A DNA stretch of 64,000 nt from IMG/VR virus record IMGVR_UViG_3300034061_004620; one strand, 5' to 3'. Shown here piece by piece: positions 40,354-47,837 of this stretch. The notes beneath the pieces were generated by a model. It had not been told where the DNA came from and ran no database searches. It worked only from the letters and a program-made list of their open reading frames with translations. Made by a program: the position numbers and the translations under genes. Source of the stretch: a virus (lineage: Duplodnaviria > Caudoviricetes). Numbering within the stretch: the first letter of the stretch is position 1; every line of letters starts with the position of its first letter.

Positions 40354-41601
40354 ATGCGTTTTATTTCAAAACTTCTGGCAACTTTGGCCATCGCCTCTGC
40401 TGCCAATCTTGCCTTTGCAGATCGACCTCTGCAGCCCATTGTAGAGGTGCCCAAAAAAGGCGTCAAATGTAAACAGGATCCAAACTGTTTCAATCGTTTA
40501 CATCCAGCTATCAAACCGGTAGCCAAAGCCAAACCCGGTGAATTGATCAGAATCCATACCAGAGACGCAGTAGATGCTGAACTGGATATCAATGCTCGAC
40601 CCAAAGATGTTACTGCGGTTGACCTAAGTCTGGTTCATCCAATGACTGGGCCAATTTACATCGAAGGAGCCAAACGAGGTGATGTATTGGCAGTAAAAAT
40701 TATTGATGTCGAACCTGAACGACATGGATGGACCACTATTATTCCAGGCATGAATTTTCTTAGCGACATGTTCCCTGATCCTTACATTGCCAACTGGAGA
40801 TTAAATCGTTTGTATGCCGAATCCGAACAAATCCCCGGAGTTAGAATTCCAATTTCAGCTTTTGCTGGAACCATCGGCACCATGCCCGGCGAACCAGAAA
40901 TTGATAAATGGTTGGCACGTGAAGCACAACTTGCTGATGCCGGTGGTGTTGCACTCAAACCTTTCCCAACCGGAGCACATCCTGCCAAAGTTTGTGGACC
41001 TGACGGATCACACAAAGACAAATGCCTTCGTTCGGTTCCACCGCGTGAAAACGGCGGCAACATGGACGTCAAGCAAATGGTAGCTGGTACAACATTGCTT
41101 TTCCCATGCTATGTTGATGGCTGCGGACTTTATGTAGGTGATGTTCACTTTGCACAAGGCGATGGTGAAGTTTCAGGAACTGCAATCGAAATGAATGGTA
41201 TTGTTACCGTAGAAACAAGTATCAGAAAAGGTGGTGCAGCTACCCTCAAGTCAGTGCAATTTGAAGGCGGCAGTCAGCTCAAGCAGTTAGAGCCAGACTC
41301 TTTCCATGCAACTATTGGGTATCCATTAAAGAATGCAGGCGAGATTCCTCCGCACCTGGCATACCTTGACAGCAAGAAAATTGCACCATTGACCAACTTG
41401 AGTCAAGACTTGAATCAAGCTGCACGTAACAGTTTGATCCAAATGATTGAATGGCTGCAATTAAACAAAGGTTTGACCAAAGAGCAAGCATACGTTGTGA
41501 CCAGCGTGGCGTGCGATCTTAGAATTGGTAACGTTGTAGATCCACCAAACTATGCAGTAACAACTATTTGCCCGTTGAACATTTTTGTTGACAGTAAATA
41601 A
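40354..41601 (+). CDS. Acetamidase/formamidase (FmdA/AmdA family) with a signal peptide
   Basis: NRLHP, HPMTGPIYIEGAKRGD, PPRENGGNMD, GDVHFAQGDGEVSGTAIE, AYVVTSVACD; Sec-like N-terminus. Confidence 0.9.
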   Translation: MRFISKLLATLAIASAANLAFADRPLQPIVEVPKKGVKCKQDPNCFNRLHPAIKPVAKAKPGELIRIHTRDAVDAELDINARPKDVTAVDLSLVHPMTGPIYIEGAKRGDVLAVKIIDVEPERHGWTTIIPGMNFLSDMFPDPYIANWRLNRLYAESEQIPGVRIPISAFAGTIGTMPGEPEIDKWLAREAQLADAGGVALKPFPTGAHPAKVCGPDGSHKDKCLRSVPPRENGGNMDVKQMVAGTTLLFPCYVDGCGLYVGDVHFAQGDGEVSGTAIEMNGIVTVETSIRKGGAATLKSVQFEGGSQLKQLEPDSFHATIGYPLKNAGEIPPHLAYLDSKKIAPLTNLSQDLNQAARNSLIQMIEWLQLNKGLTKEQAYVVTSVACDLRIGNVVDPPNYAVTTICPLNIFVDSK

Positions 41602-41656
41602 TACAAAGGGGGCAACCCCTTTGTTCAACATCCTACACACCACTTGAATATATAAA

Positions 41657-42151
41657 ATGAAAAAATTACTTGCCACTATTTTTTTACTGGTAGCATTACC
41701 TTTGCAGGCTCACAACCCATACAACAATTGGGATGCATTTAGAAACAAATATCTACAAATTGCCACAAACAAAGTTGACATCGAAGGAGATGTTCTTGGT
41801 GAACAGATCGCACTTGCATTGCGACAAAATTTACCGGCAAGTAGAGCATTAGTAACAAGAGCACCTGATCTTGATAGAGTAGCATCACTATTGTACACAA
41901 ACCAAATCAAAGTAGCCTTGTTGTCAAGCACAGATATGCAGCAACTGGTAGCACTGGAATTGTATAAAGATCTTCCTATAACAATTTTGTTGCATAATGA
42001 AAAATATTTCTTGATTGCACGTTCAGACATGCCCGAACCACATGTGCATGTGATCTGTAAAACATTGTTAGAAGACAAAACATTTGGTTTTAAATTGCCA
42101 ACAAAAACTAAATTTAACACCAAGGCACATCCTGGAATATCAACTCTTTAA
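41657..42151 (+). CDS. Secreted TAXI/periplasmic-binding-like protein
   Basis: Signal peptide; LPASRALVTRAPDLDRVASLL, LIARSDMPEPHV, AHPG. Confidence 0.5.
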   Translation: MKKLLATIFLLVALPLQAHNPYNNWDAFRNKYLQIATNKVDIEGDVLGEQIALALRQNLPASRALVTRAPDLDRVASLLYTNQIKVALLSSTDMQQLVALELYKDLPITILLHNEKYFLIARSDMPEPHVHVICKTLLEDKTFGFKLPTKTKFNTKAHPGISTL

Positions 42152-42162
42152 TAGAGTGCGCC

Positions 42163-43377
42163 ATGTATAAACTTGAACAAAACGACAAAATTGGCTTTTA
42201 TACAGTAGGACAAAAAAAATTCTACGGTAAAGTCGAAGCTCTAATTGAAGCCACCAAAACAGGAATATTTCCTAATTGGCATTTCAATCCTGAGGTATAC
42301 AATAATATAGATTGGACTATTGAACCATCTGTTCCTTTGAAAGAGTTATACAAGTTACGGGCACAGCAATTACGAAACAAGTATGACTGGATAAGAGTTG
42401 AAGCATCAGGAGGTGGTGATAGCACAACCGCCATTCTTAGTTTTTTACAAAATGGAATACATTTGGATGAAGTAGTTTTTCGTTATCCCAAGACCGGTGA
42501 CAAAAATGTACACGGCGATCCGTATAATACAAAATGTGAAAATACTTTGAGTGAATGGGACTTTGCTGCCAAACCACTTTTAAATTGGATAGCTACTCAC
42601 TATCCAAGAGTTAAACTCACCATGCATGACTATGCAGAAGACATGCTCAACAAAACTTACGAAGAAGACTGGGTATTTAAATCCAAGGATTATTTTTTAC
42701 CAAGTCATCCGTTCAAGCATGACAATGTTGCATTTATTGACCATAGAAAACAGGCAGAAAAGGGATATAGAATTGCAGTGTTGTATGGTATAGATAAACC
42801 AAGACTTTGCATCAAAGACGGTAAATGGTTTTTGTATTTCATGGATCTACAGACCAATCACAGTAACAGTGTGATGTACGAATATGATAACATTACCAAC
42901 GAGTATTTCTATTGGTCACCGGACTTTCCAGAAGTAGTGCGTAAACAAGCTCACATAATTAAAAACTGGTTCATGATGCCACAAAACCAAGCACTACAGT
43001 ACATTGTAAAATGGCCAAATAACAGTATTGCAAGTAGAACCACTTATGAACAAATGGTAAAACCAATTATATATCCAGATTATGATCCGGCGACGTTTCA
43101 GACTATTAAACCTACAAATAGTTTCTATAATGAAATGGATTATTGGTTTTATGTCAATTTTAAAGAAACTAAGTCTTATCAAATTTGGAAGGCAGGACTA
43201 CAGTTTTTAGTTGACAATATTGATGAAAAATATACCTATAAGGAAATGGGACAACCAATGGGTTTTGTTGGCTTTCTTAGTCCTTTCTATTACTTAGGCC
43301 CAGCATCGTATGTTGACACTGGTGTTAACAATTTTGCAAGATTTGAGATTCCGCCGGTTGAACACAAAGCAGAATGA
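42163..43377 (+). CDS. PP-loop/N-type ATP pyrophosphatase-like protein
   Basis: ASGGGDS PP-loop; EYFYWSPDFPE; GIDKP. Confidence 0.55.
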   Translation: MYKLEQNDKIGFYTVGQKKFYGKVEALIEATKTGIFPNWHFNPEVYNNIDWTIEPSVPLKELYKLRAQQLRNKYDWIRVEASGGGDSTTAILSFLQNGIHLDEVVFRYPKTGDKNVHGDPYNTKCENTLSEWDFAAKPLLNWIATHYPRVKLTMHDYAEDMLNKTYEEDWVFKSKDYFLPSHPFKHDNVAFIDHRKQAEKGYRIAVLYGIDKPRLCIKDGKWFLYFMDLQTNHSNSVMYEYDNITNEYFYWSPDFPEVVRKQAHIIKNWFMMPQNQALQYIVKWPNNSIASRTTYEQMVKPIIYPDYDPATFQTIKPTNSFYNEMDYWFYVNFKETKSYQIWKAGLQFLVDNIDEKYTYKEMGQPMGFVGFLSPFYYLGPASYVDTGVNNFARFEIPPVEHKAE

Positions 43378-43403
43378 ATTTAATCATTTTATTCAAGCAA
43401 TGA

Positions 43404-43432
43404 TTGACAACAATGATAAATAAATATACAAT
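43404..43432 (+). promoter_or_regulatory. Consensus sigma70 promoter driving the leader/tRNA operon
   Basis: TTGACA (43404) -17 nt- TACAAT (43427). Confidence 0.85.
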
Positions 43433-43439
43433 AGAGACT

Positions 43440-43559
43440 ATGATGAACTCAACACTATTACATAAATCGTTTAAATCACAACCCGAATCAGGCCTAATAG
43501 CCTATTGGGTGATTACACGCGATATTAGTAATCGTGCCCTGGGGAAATATAGAACCTAA
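43440..43559 (+). CDS. Putative attenuator leader peptide (39 aa)
   Basis: MMNSTLLHKSFKSQPESGLIAYWVITRDISNRALGKYRT*; its 3' end overlaps the antiterminator arm. Confidence 0.65.
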   Translation: MMNSTLLHKSFKSQPESGLIAYWVITRDISNRALGKYRT

Positions 43560-43616
43560 GTTTAATTACCAAATTCTATAAAACCCCAGGACTCAAAACC
43601 CTGGGGTTTTTGTTTT
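43538..43616 (+). promoter_or_regulatory. Mutually exclusive antiterminator/terminator (attenuator)
   Basis: Terminator AAAACCCCAGG (43580-90)/CCTGGGGTTTT (43600-10) plus U-tract. Antiterminator CCTGGGG-aaa-TATAGAA (43538-54)/TTCTATA-aaa-CCCCAGG (43574-90). Confidence 0.8.
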
Positions 43617-43628
43617 ATAAAGGAAGAA

Positions 43629-43793
43629 ATGACAAACGAACAAGATATACTGTCGTTTCAAAAGAAGTTAGAAGAGCGTAATTTTGTTTTTAGCGATAGG
43701 TTACTTGAACAGTTAGTTAAAAGTAAAATGGAAAGACTGCGTCAACAAATTGAAGATGCAGAACAAATGCGCCGTCTAACTAAACGACGCTAA
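43629..43793 (+). CDS. Small coiled-coil hypothetical protein, first gene after the attenuator
   Basis: RBS AAGGAAG; MTNEQDILSFQKKLEERNFVFSDRLLEQLVKSKMERLRQQIEDAEQMRRLTKRR. Confidence 0.65.
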   Translation: MTNEQDILSFQKKLEERNFVFSDRLLEQLVKSKMERLRQQIEDAEQMRRLTKRR

Positions 43794-43794
43794 A

Positions 43795-44038
43795 AAGTGC
43801 AATGCGGAACGAGGCCGCGGCAGCACTCAAACTTGCCAAACGGGCGGAGCCCTGGATGAAACTGTCGGCGAAAACGCAGGAGTAAAATAGGAATGATAAA
43901 GCACATTCAAACACATAATGGCGGCCGGCGTCATGGATTACTGTTACGAGGATCCAAGAATGTGTTTTATCATGCATCCTTGATGAACAGAAGGTCTTGT
44001 AAACTATTCCTACCTAATAATTTTAGGAACAAGGATGC
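43795..44038 (+). ncRNA. Structured non-coding segment (consecutive stem-loops)
   Basis: ATGATAAAGCACATTC/GAATGTGTTTTATCAT (43893-43973), GCATCCTTG/CAAGGATGC (43974-44038), and GC-rich hairpins upstream. Confidence 0.5.
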
Positions 44039-44048
44039 GCTAAATTAT

Positions 44049-44143
44049 GGTAGGCAGCATTGGTATGCGGCGGAGTCTTATAAGCTCTGGAGACTGGTCA
44101 GATGGGCTGGAACGACAGGGTTCGAATCCCTGGCCTACTACCA
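44049..44143 (+). tRNA. tRNA-Ile(UAU), atypical with a long extra arm
   Basis: GGTAGGC/GCCTACT-A-CCA, loop CTTATAA, TTCGAAT T-loop, ~26-nt variable region. Confidence 0.75.
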
Positions 44144-44149
44144 TACAAA

Positions 44150-44224
44150 GCGGGTATAGCACAGTGGTAGTGCGACACGTTGCCAACGTGTAGGTCGTCA
44201 GTTCGAATCTGACTATCCGCTCCA
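44150..44224 (+). tRNA. tRNA-Gly(GCC)
   Basis: Cloverleaf, loop TTGCCAA, CCA end. Confidence 0.93.
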
Positions 44225-44432
44225 TAACACAGAAAGGTTGACTAAAATGGGGCTTTGATTGTATTATTATTCATTATTGGAATGTTGGTGTGGTTAGATA
44301 AAAATTTTAAATAGGAGATCCTGTTATGGACAGTGACAAGAGTGACAAACGAGGTTTACTAAGATATGGTTGGACATATGAAAACAAGCACAAGCTTGCA
44401 GCATTGATGTGGCAACTGTACGGAGTAAGAAT

Positions 44433-44509
44433 GGGTGCGTAACTCAACTGGTTAGAGTAATCGGCTTTTAACCGATAAGTTGTGAGTTCGAGTCTCACCG
44501 CACCTACCA
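44433..44509 (+). tRNA. tRNA-Lys(UUU)
   Basis: Loop CTTTTAA, CCA end. Confidence 0.95.
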
Positions 44510-44575
44510 TATAAAAACACATTGATTGTCCCACAGAGGCCATTACTAATATCTGCACAGTGTGTTTTTATATGG
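44507..44575 (+). repeat. Long stem-loop starting at the tRNA-Lys CCA
   Basis: CCATATAAAAACACAT pairs with GTGTGTTTTTATATGG. Confidence 0.8.
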
Positions 44576-44590
44576 TTAAAGGAGATTGAT

Positions 44591-44740
44591 ATGCCAATGT
44601 ATGAAACCACAGTTCGTACACCGTCGGGTGATGTAAAAGACCGTGTATACGCAAAGGATTTACAAGAAGCCCGTGTACTTTTTGAACAGCGTCACGGGCC
44701 AAGGAATGTTCCTTACATTCCTAAAGTAATACCAAGTTAA
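44591..44740 (+). CDS. Small hypothetical protein within the tRNA array
   Basis: AAGGAG RBS; MPMYETTVRTPSG... Confidence 0.65.
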   Translation: MPMYETTVRTPSGDVKDRVYAKDLQEARVLFEQRHGPRNVPYIPKVIPS

Positions 44741-44741
44741 T

Positions 44742-44817
44742 TGGGGGTTAGCTCAGTTGGTAGAGCAGCGGATTTTGATTCCGCGTGTCACAGGTTCAAC
44801 TCCTGTACCCCTTACCA
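44742..44817 (+). tRNA. tRNA-Gln(UUG)
   Basis: Loop TTTTGAT, CCA end. Confidence 0.92.
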
Positions 44818-44823
44818 AACAAT

Positions 44824-44898
44824 GGTGTCCGTAGTGTAGAGGCAACACCCAAGATTGTGGATCTTGTATCACCGGTTCGATCCCGGTCGGATACCCCA
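44824..44898 (+). tRNA. tRNA-His(GUG)
   Basis: Loop TTGTGGA; G-1:C73; CCA end. Confidence 0.92.
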
Positions 44899-44899
44899 T

Positions 44900-44975
44900 G
44901 CTGCTTTAGCTGATGTGGTCATAGCGGCGGTTTGAAGAGCCGTTGAACTTGGTTCGATTCCAAGAGGCAGCACCA
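44900..44975 (+). tRNA. tRNA-Phe(GAA)
   Basis: Loop TTGAAGA, CCA end. Confidence 0.93.
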
Positions 44976-44977
44976 AA

Positions 44978-45052
44978 CGGTCCTTAGCTCAGCGGAAGAG
45001 TTCTGGTCTTCGAAACCAGCTGTCGGCAGTTCGAATCTGTCAGGACCGGCCA
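44978..45052 (+). tRNA. tRNA-Arg(UCG)
   Basis: Loop CTTCGAA, CCA end. Confidence 0.92.
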
Positions 45053-45061
45053 GTAAATTAT

Positions 45062-45136
45062 ACCCGAGTAGCTCAGTGGTAGAGCACATTCTTGATAAGG
45101 ATGGGGTCGGTGGATCGTTCCCACCCTCGGGTACCA
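45062..45136 (+). tRNA. tRNA-Ile(GAU)
   Basis: Loop TTGATAA, CCA end. Confidence 0.92.
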
Positions 45137-45140
45137 TCAT

Positions 45141-45216
45141 GGTAGAGTAGCATAGCGGCAAATGCAGCACCTTCATACGGTGCCCATCGTCAGTTCGAGT
45201 CTGACCTCTACTACCA
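45141..45216 (+). tRNA. tRNA-Met(CAU), probably elongator
   Basis: Loop TTCATAC, paired 1:72, CCA end. Confidence 0.85.
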
Positions 45217-45234
45217 GTTAACAAAATAGCAACT

Positions 45235-45294
45235 TGTTGCTTTTTTAATAACAAAAATAAAAGAGTTGACCAAAAAGACCCATTTTGCTATACT
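45235..45294 (+). promoter_or_regulatory. Early promoter module
   Basis: TGTTGC-N7-ATAACA; TTGACC (45266) -17- TATACT (45289). Drives ORF 45323..45595. Confidence 0.8.
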
Positions 45295-45666
45295 ATGGTT
45301 TGTTACTTGCAAAGGAGACAACATGGCCCAGCAGCGTATGAAAGCCCAATCAACTCGCGATTGGGGCGCAGATTTTGCGTACTATGTAGGTGAAGATTCA
45401 GATGGCCGCACTGACACCTATGTGTTTGATTACAAGCCAAATCGCAAGTTGGATGCATACGACAATTATCGCCAGTGTGTGGATCAATATTTCTCGGGTG
45501 CAAGTGAAACACTTGGTTTTCCTTGCAGTCGCGATCTTGCGGCCAAATTGGGTTGCACTGAACAAGATATAGATGATTGGTTGTGCGGCTGTTGACCTGA
45601 ATTAGACAATTATGTATAATAATGAAATAGTGCAGTAAACGTTCATTAACAATCAAGCAACAAAGT

Positions 45667-45750
45667 GCCTCGGTGGTGTAATGGTAGCCACGCTGGTCTT
45701 AGAAGCCAGTGCTGAAAGGCGTGTCAGTTCGAGTCTGACCCGAGGCACCA
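45667..45750 (+). tRNA. tRNA-Leu(UAG)
   Basis: Loop CTTAGAA, variable arm, CCA end. Confidence 0.93.
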
Positions 45751-45846
45751 TATAAAAACACTCTAAACTGGACGCAGGATCGGAGAAGGTTGAAAGCGGA
45801 TTAGCTACCGCAAAGTAAACTGGAGATCAAGAGTGTTTTTGTATGG
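45748..45846 (+). repeat. Long stem-loop starting at the tRNA-Leu CCA
   Basis: CCATATAAAAACACTCT pairs with AGAGTGTTTTTGTATGG; inner GCGG/CCGC hairpin. Confidence 0.8.
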
Positions 45847-46089
45847 ATGTTAAACTTACAAGGAACAACAATTATGGAATATTTTTTCAGTTTCTTACTT
45901 GCATTGGCCATTTTTAGTTTTCCATTCTTGTTAACTTTATGGTTGGTTAGAAAGACTACATTCACAAAACAGGCTGTATTATTTCTGTTTTTGTTAATAC
46001 TTCCGTTTGGTTTTGCTGCGTGGGCTTTTTGTTCCATAATGTATTATTACATAAAATATTCAGCTTCAGGCGATCGTGTGCCTGAATAA

Positions 46090-46354
46090 AGTGTTAAGGG
46101 AAGTGGAGAGAAAAAGTCTCAGAGACAGATTGCTCCTACTTTTAAATGACCATGTGAGGCGCCCTAAGATTCCGGTTACCACTTTCCTGAAAGTGGCGTG
46201 TGGTGCACGAGAAAATCCAGGTGGCTCGGGCACCTTTAGCGAGGCAACCCCTCAGACAACCGAGCAGCGTGAACACTACGCGGCAAAGTCCTTTAGTGTT
46301 CGGACAGGGCAACACCTCAGCTTGGGGGCGACCGTGGAAAAGCGTGGCCCAAGC
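46090..46354 (+). ncRNA. Unknown structured ncRNA, copy A (candidate GOLLD/ROOL-class relative)
   Basis: GC-rich multi-hairpin segment; GGTGCACGAGAAAATCCAGGT and CGGACAGGGCAACACCTCAG are shared with 52091-52290. 5' boundary approximate. Confidence 0.65.
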
Positions 46355-46494
46355 AATTATATTGAAGCACATTTCTGTCATTGCCGTGCCAACTTCACGG
46401 TGAGTACAAGAGTACGGGAGTAGCTACCCGACAGGGTGTACAAAGTTACAAGAGGGTTAATGACAGCCCCTTGGGAGTGTGTTTCAATATAATT
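46355..46494 (+). repeat. Long stem-loop element before tRNA-Arg
   Basis: AATTATATTGAAGCACATT pairs with AGTGTGTTTCAATATAATT; inner TGTCATT/AATGACA. Confidence 0.75.
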
Positions 46495-46495
46495 T

Positions 46496-46570
46496 GCCTC
46501 TGTCGTTCAACGGATAGGATACGAGTCTACGAAACTTGTGATGGTGGTTCGATTCCATCCGGGGGCACCA
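46496..46570 (+). tRNA. tRNA-Arg(ACG)
   Basis: Loop CTACGAA, CCA end. Confidence 0.92.
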
Positions 46571-46577
46571 AAGTTAT

Positions 46578-46652
46578 GCACCATTCGTCTATCGGTTAGG
46601 ACTCAAGGTTTTCATCCTTGCAAGAGCGGTTCGACTCCGCTATGGTGTACCA
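46578..46652 (+). tRNA. tRNA-Glu(UUC)
   Basis: Loop TTTTCAT, CCA end. Confidence 0.94.
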
Positions 46653-46916
46653 TATAAATACAAGCATGAAAGAACTGCTCCGTATGCTACCACAAATTTT
46701 GGGTGCTATGCCCGAAATTGTCAAGTACCTAAAATATATCCCCATACTTATGGTATTAGGGGGCATTGGATATGGAGCGTTTTATTATATGGAAAATCAC
46801 AAAGATCCATATATCTGTGTAAACAATCATGTTTTCGAACAAATACGCATAGATTCCGACATATATGTATTCAAAGGCGGAACTTGCGTTGATTCTAAAG
46901 ATATAAAAGAATAATT

Positions 46917-46990
46917 GGGGGATTGATGTAAAGGGAGCCTGGGGCCTTTGCAAGGCCTTCGTAACAGTTCGATTCTGTTATCCTCCACCA
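46917..46990 (+). tRNA. tRNA-Ala(UGC)
   Basis: Loop TTTGCAA; G3:U70; CCA end. Confidence 0.9.
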
Positions 46991-46999
46991 ATGTTTAAT

Positions 47000-47084
47000 G
47001 GGGATGCGGCTAAGTTAGAGAGTGGCGGCTGACTGTAAATCAGTTCTTTCGGGTGAGTAGGTGCGAATCCTTCCATCCCCACCA
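47000..47084 (+). tRNA. tRNA-Tyr(GUA)
   Basis: Loop CTGTAAA, variable arm, CCA end. Confidence 0.92.
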
Positions 47085-47383
47085 ATAAGGAGTAGTATGG
47101 TTATATATCGTGTACCGCATGCATACTTAAACGACTACCAGATGATTGGTCAGCGACTACAAGTTCTTATGGACATGAAACGCAAGGATATTGATCATCA
47201 AGAACAGTTAGAGTTAGCAAAATTGTTAGCTATTCAAGAAGCACATAGGTTGCTACGAAACTATAACTACAATAAGGATACAGAATTTCTAAGACAATAT
47301 GCTTACGGCGAAAGTATTCGTGAACAAAGATTAGTTCAACGTGCAAGTGCAGTAGGATTACATATAGATAGATATATTTAATT

Positions 47384-47458
47384 GGGCGGTTAGCTCAGTG
47401 GTAGAGCAGGGCCCTTACAAGGCCAAGGTCGGGAGTTCGACCCTCTCACCGCCCACCA
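47384..47458 (+). tRNA. tRNA-Val(UAC)
   Basis: Loop CTTACAA, CCA end. Confidence 0.94.
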
Positions 47459-47465
47459 AGTTTAT

Positions 47466-47540
47466 TCCAGAGTAGCTCAGCGGCAGAGCAGGAGACTGTT
47501 AATCTCTTGGTCGGTGGTTCGATCCCACCCTCTGGAGCCA
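47466..47540 (+). tRNA. tRNA-Asn(GUU)
   Basis: Loop CTGTTAA, CCA end. Confidence 0.95.
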
Positions 47541-47546
47541 GTAGTA

Positions 47547-47621
47547 GGTCTCAAAGTGTTCATGGACGCACATCAGCCTGTCACGCTGAAAGAAGGGGAT
47601 CGTTACCCCTTGGGACCGCCA
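47547..47621 (+). tRNA. tRNA-Asp(GUC)
   Basis: Loop CTGTCAC, CCA end. Confidence 0.9.
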
Positions 47622-47631
47622 ACTTTTTAAT

Positions 47632-47706
47632 GCGGGTGTAACTCAGTGGTAGAGTGTCAGCCTTCCAAGCTGTTCGTCGCAGGTTCGATCCCTGTCACCC
47701 GCTCCA
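47632..47706 (+). tRNA. tRNA-Gly(UCC)
   Basis: Loop CTTCCAA, CCA end. Confidence 0.95.
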
Positions 47707-47712
47707 AATTTC

Positions 47713-47832
47713 TATTGCTTTTAAGCAATATTGTTATTCTTGCAACATTTGTTGCTATTCTTGCAACAAAATATTTTGGTAGACCATAATTCGCCATTTT
47801 GCTATAATAGATGTATAGTGAATAACAAGGAG
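47713..47832 (+). promoter_or_regulatory. Early promoter module with three inverted-repeat boxes
   Basis: TATTGC-N6-GCAATA, TGTTAT..GCAACA, TGTTGC-N7-GCAACA; TAGACC (47780) -17- TATAAT (47803). Confidence 0.85.
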
Positions 47833-47837
47833 CCAAA

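Noticed and set aside
43780-45254. ORFs overlapping or antisense to tRNAs (43780, 43893, 44040, 44307, 44919)
   Set aside because: Translations of tRNA or stem-loop sequence, not credible proteins.
46090-46354. RNase P RNA or group I intron (contains GCAAAGTCC and TCAGAGAC)
   Set aside because: The RNase P GAGGAAAGUCC and 3' CGGCUUA pairing elements are missing, there is no convincing P7 R/S pair, and no interrupted host gene.
46076-46603. ORFs 46076..46423, 46142..46381, 46200..46403 and 46381..46599
   Set aside because: They overlap the structured RNA and a tRNA in several frames, with no RBS or protein motifs; likely shadows of GC-rich RNA.
29393-47809. CRISPR array or phage attachment repeats from the 38-nt exact repeat
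   Set aside because: Only dispersed copies exist, each coinciding with -35/-10 promoter boxes; there are no regularly spaced repeats, cas genes or integrase.
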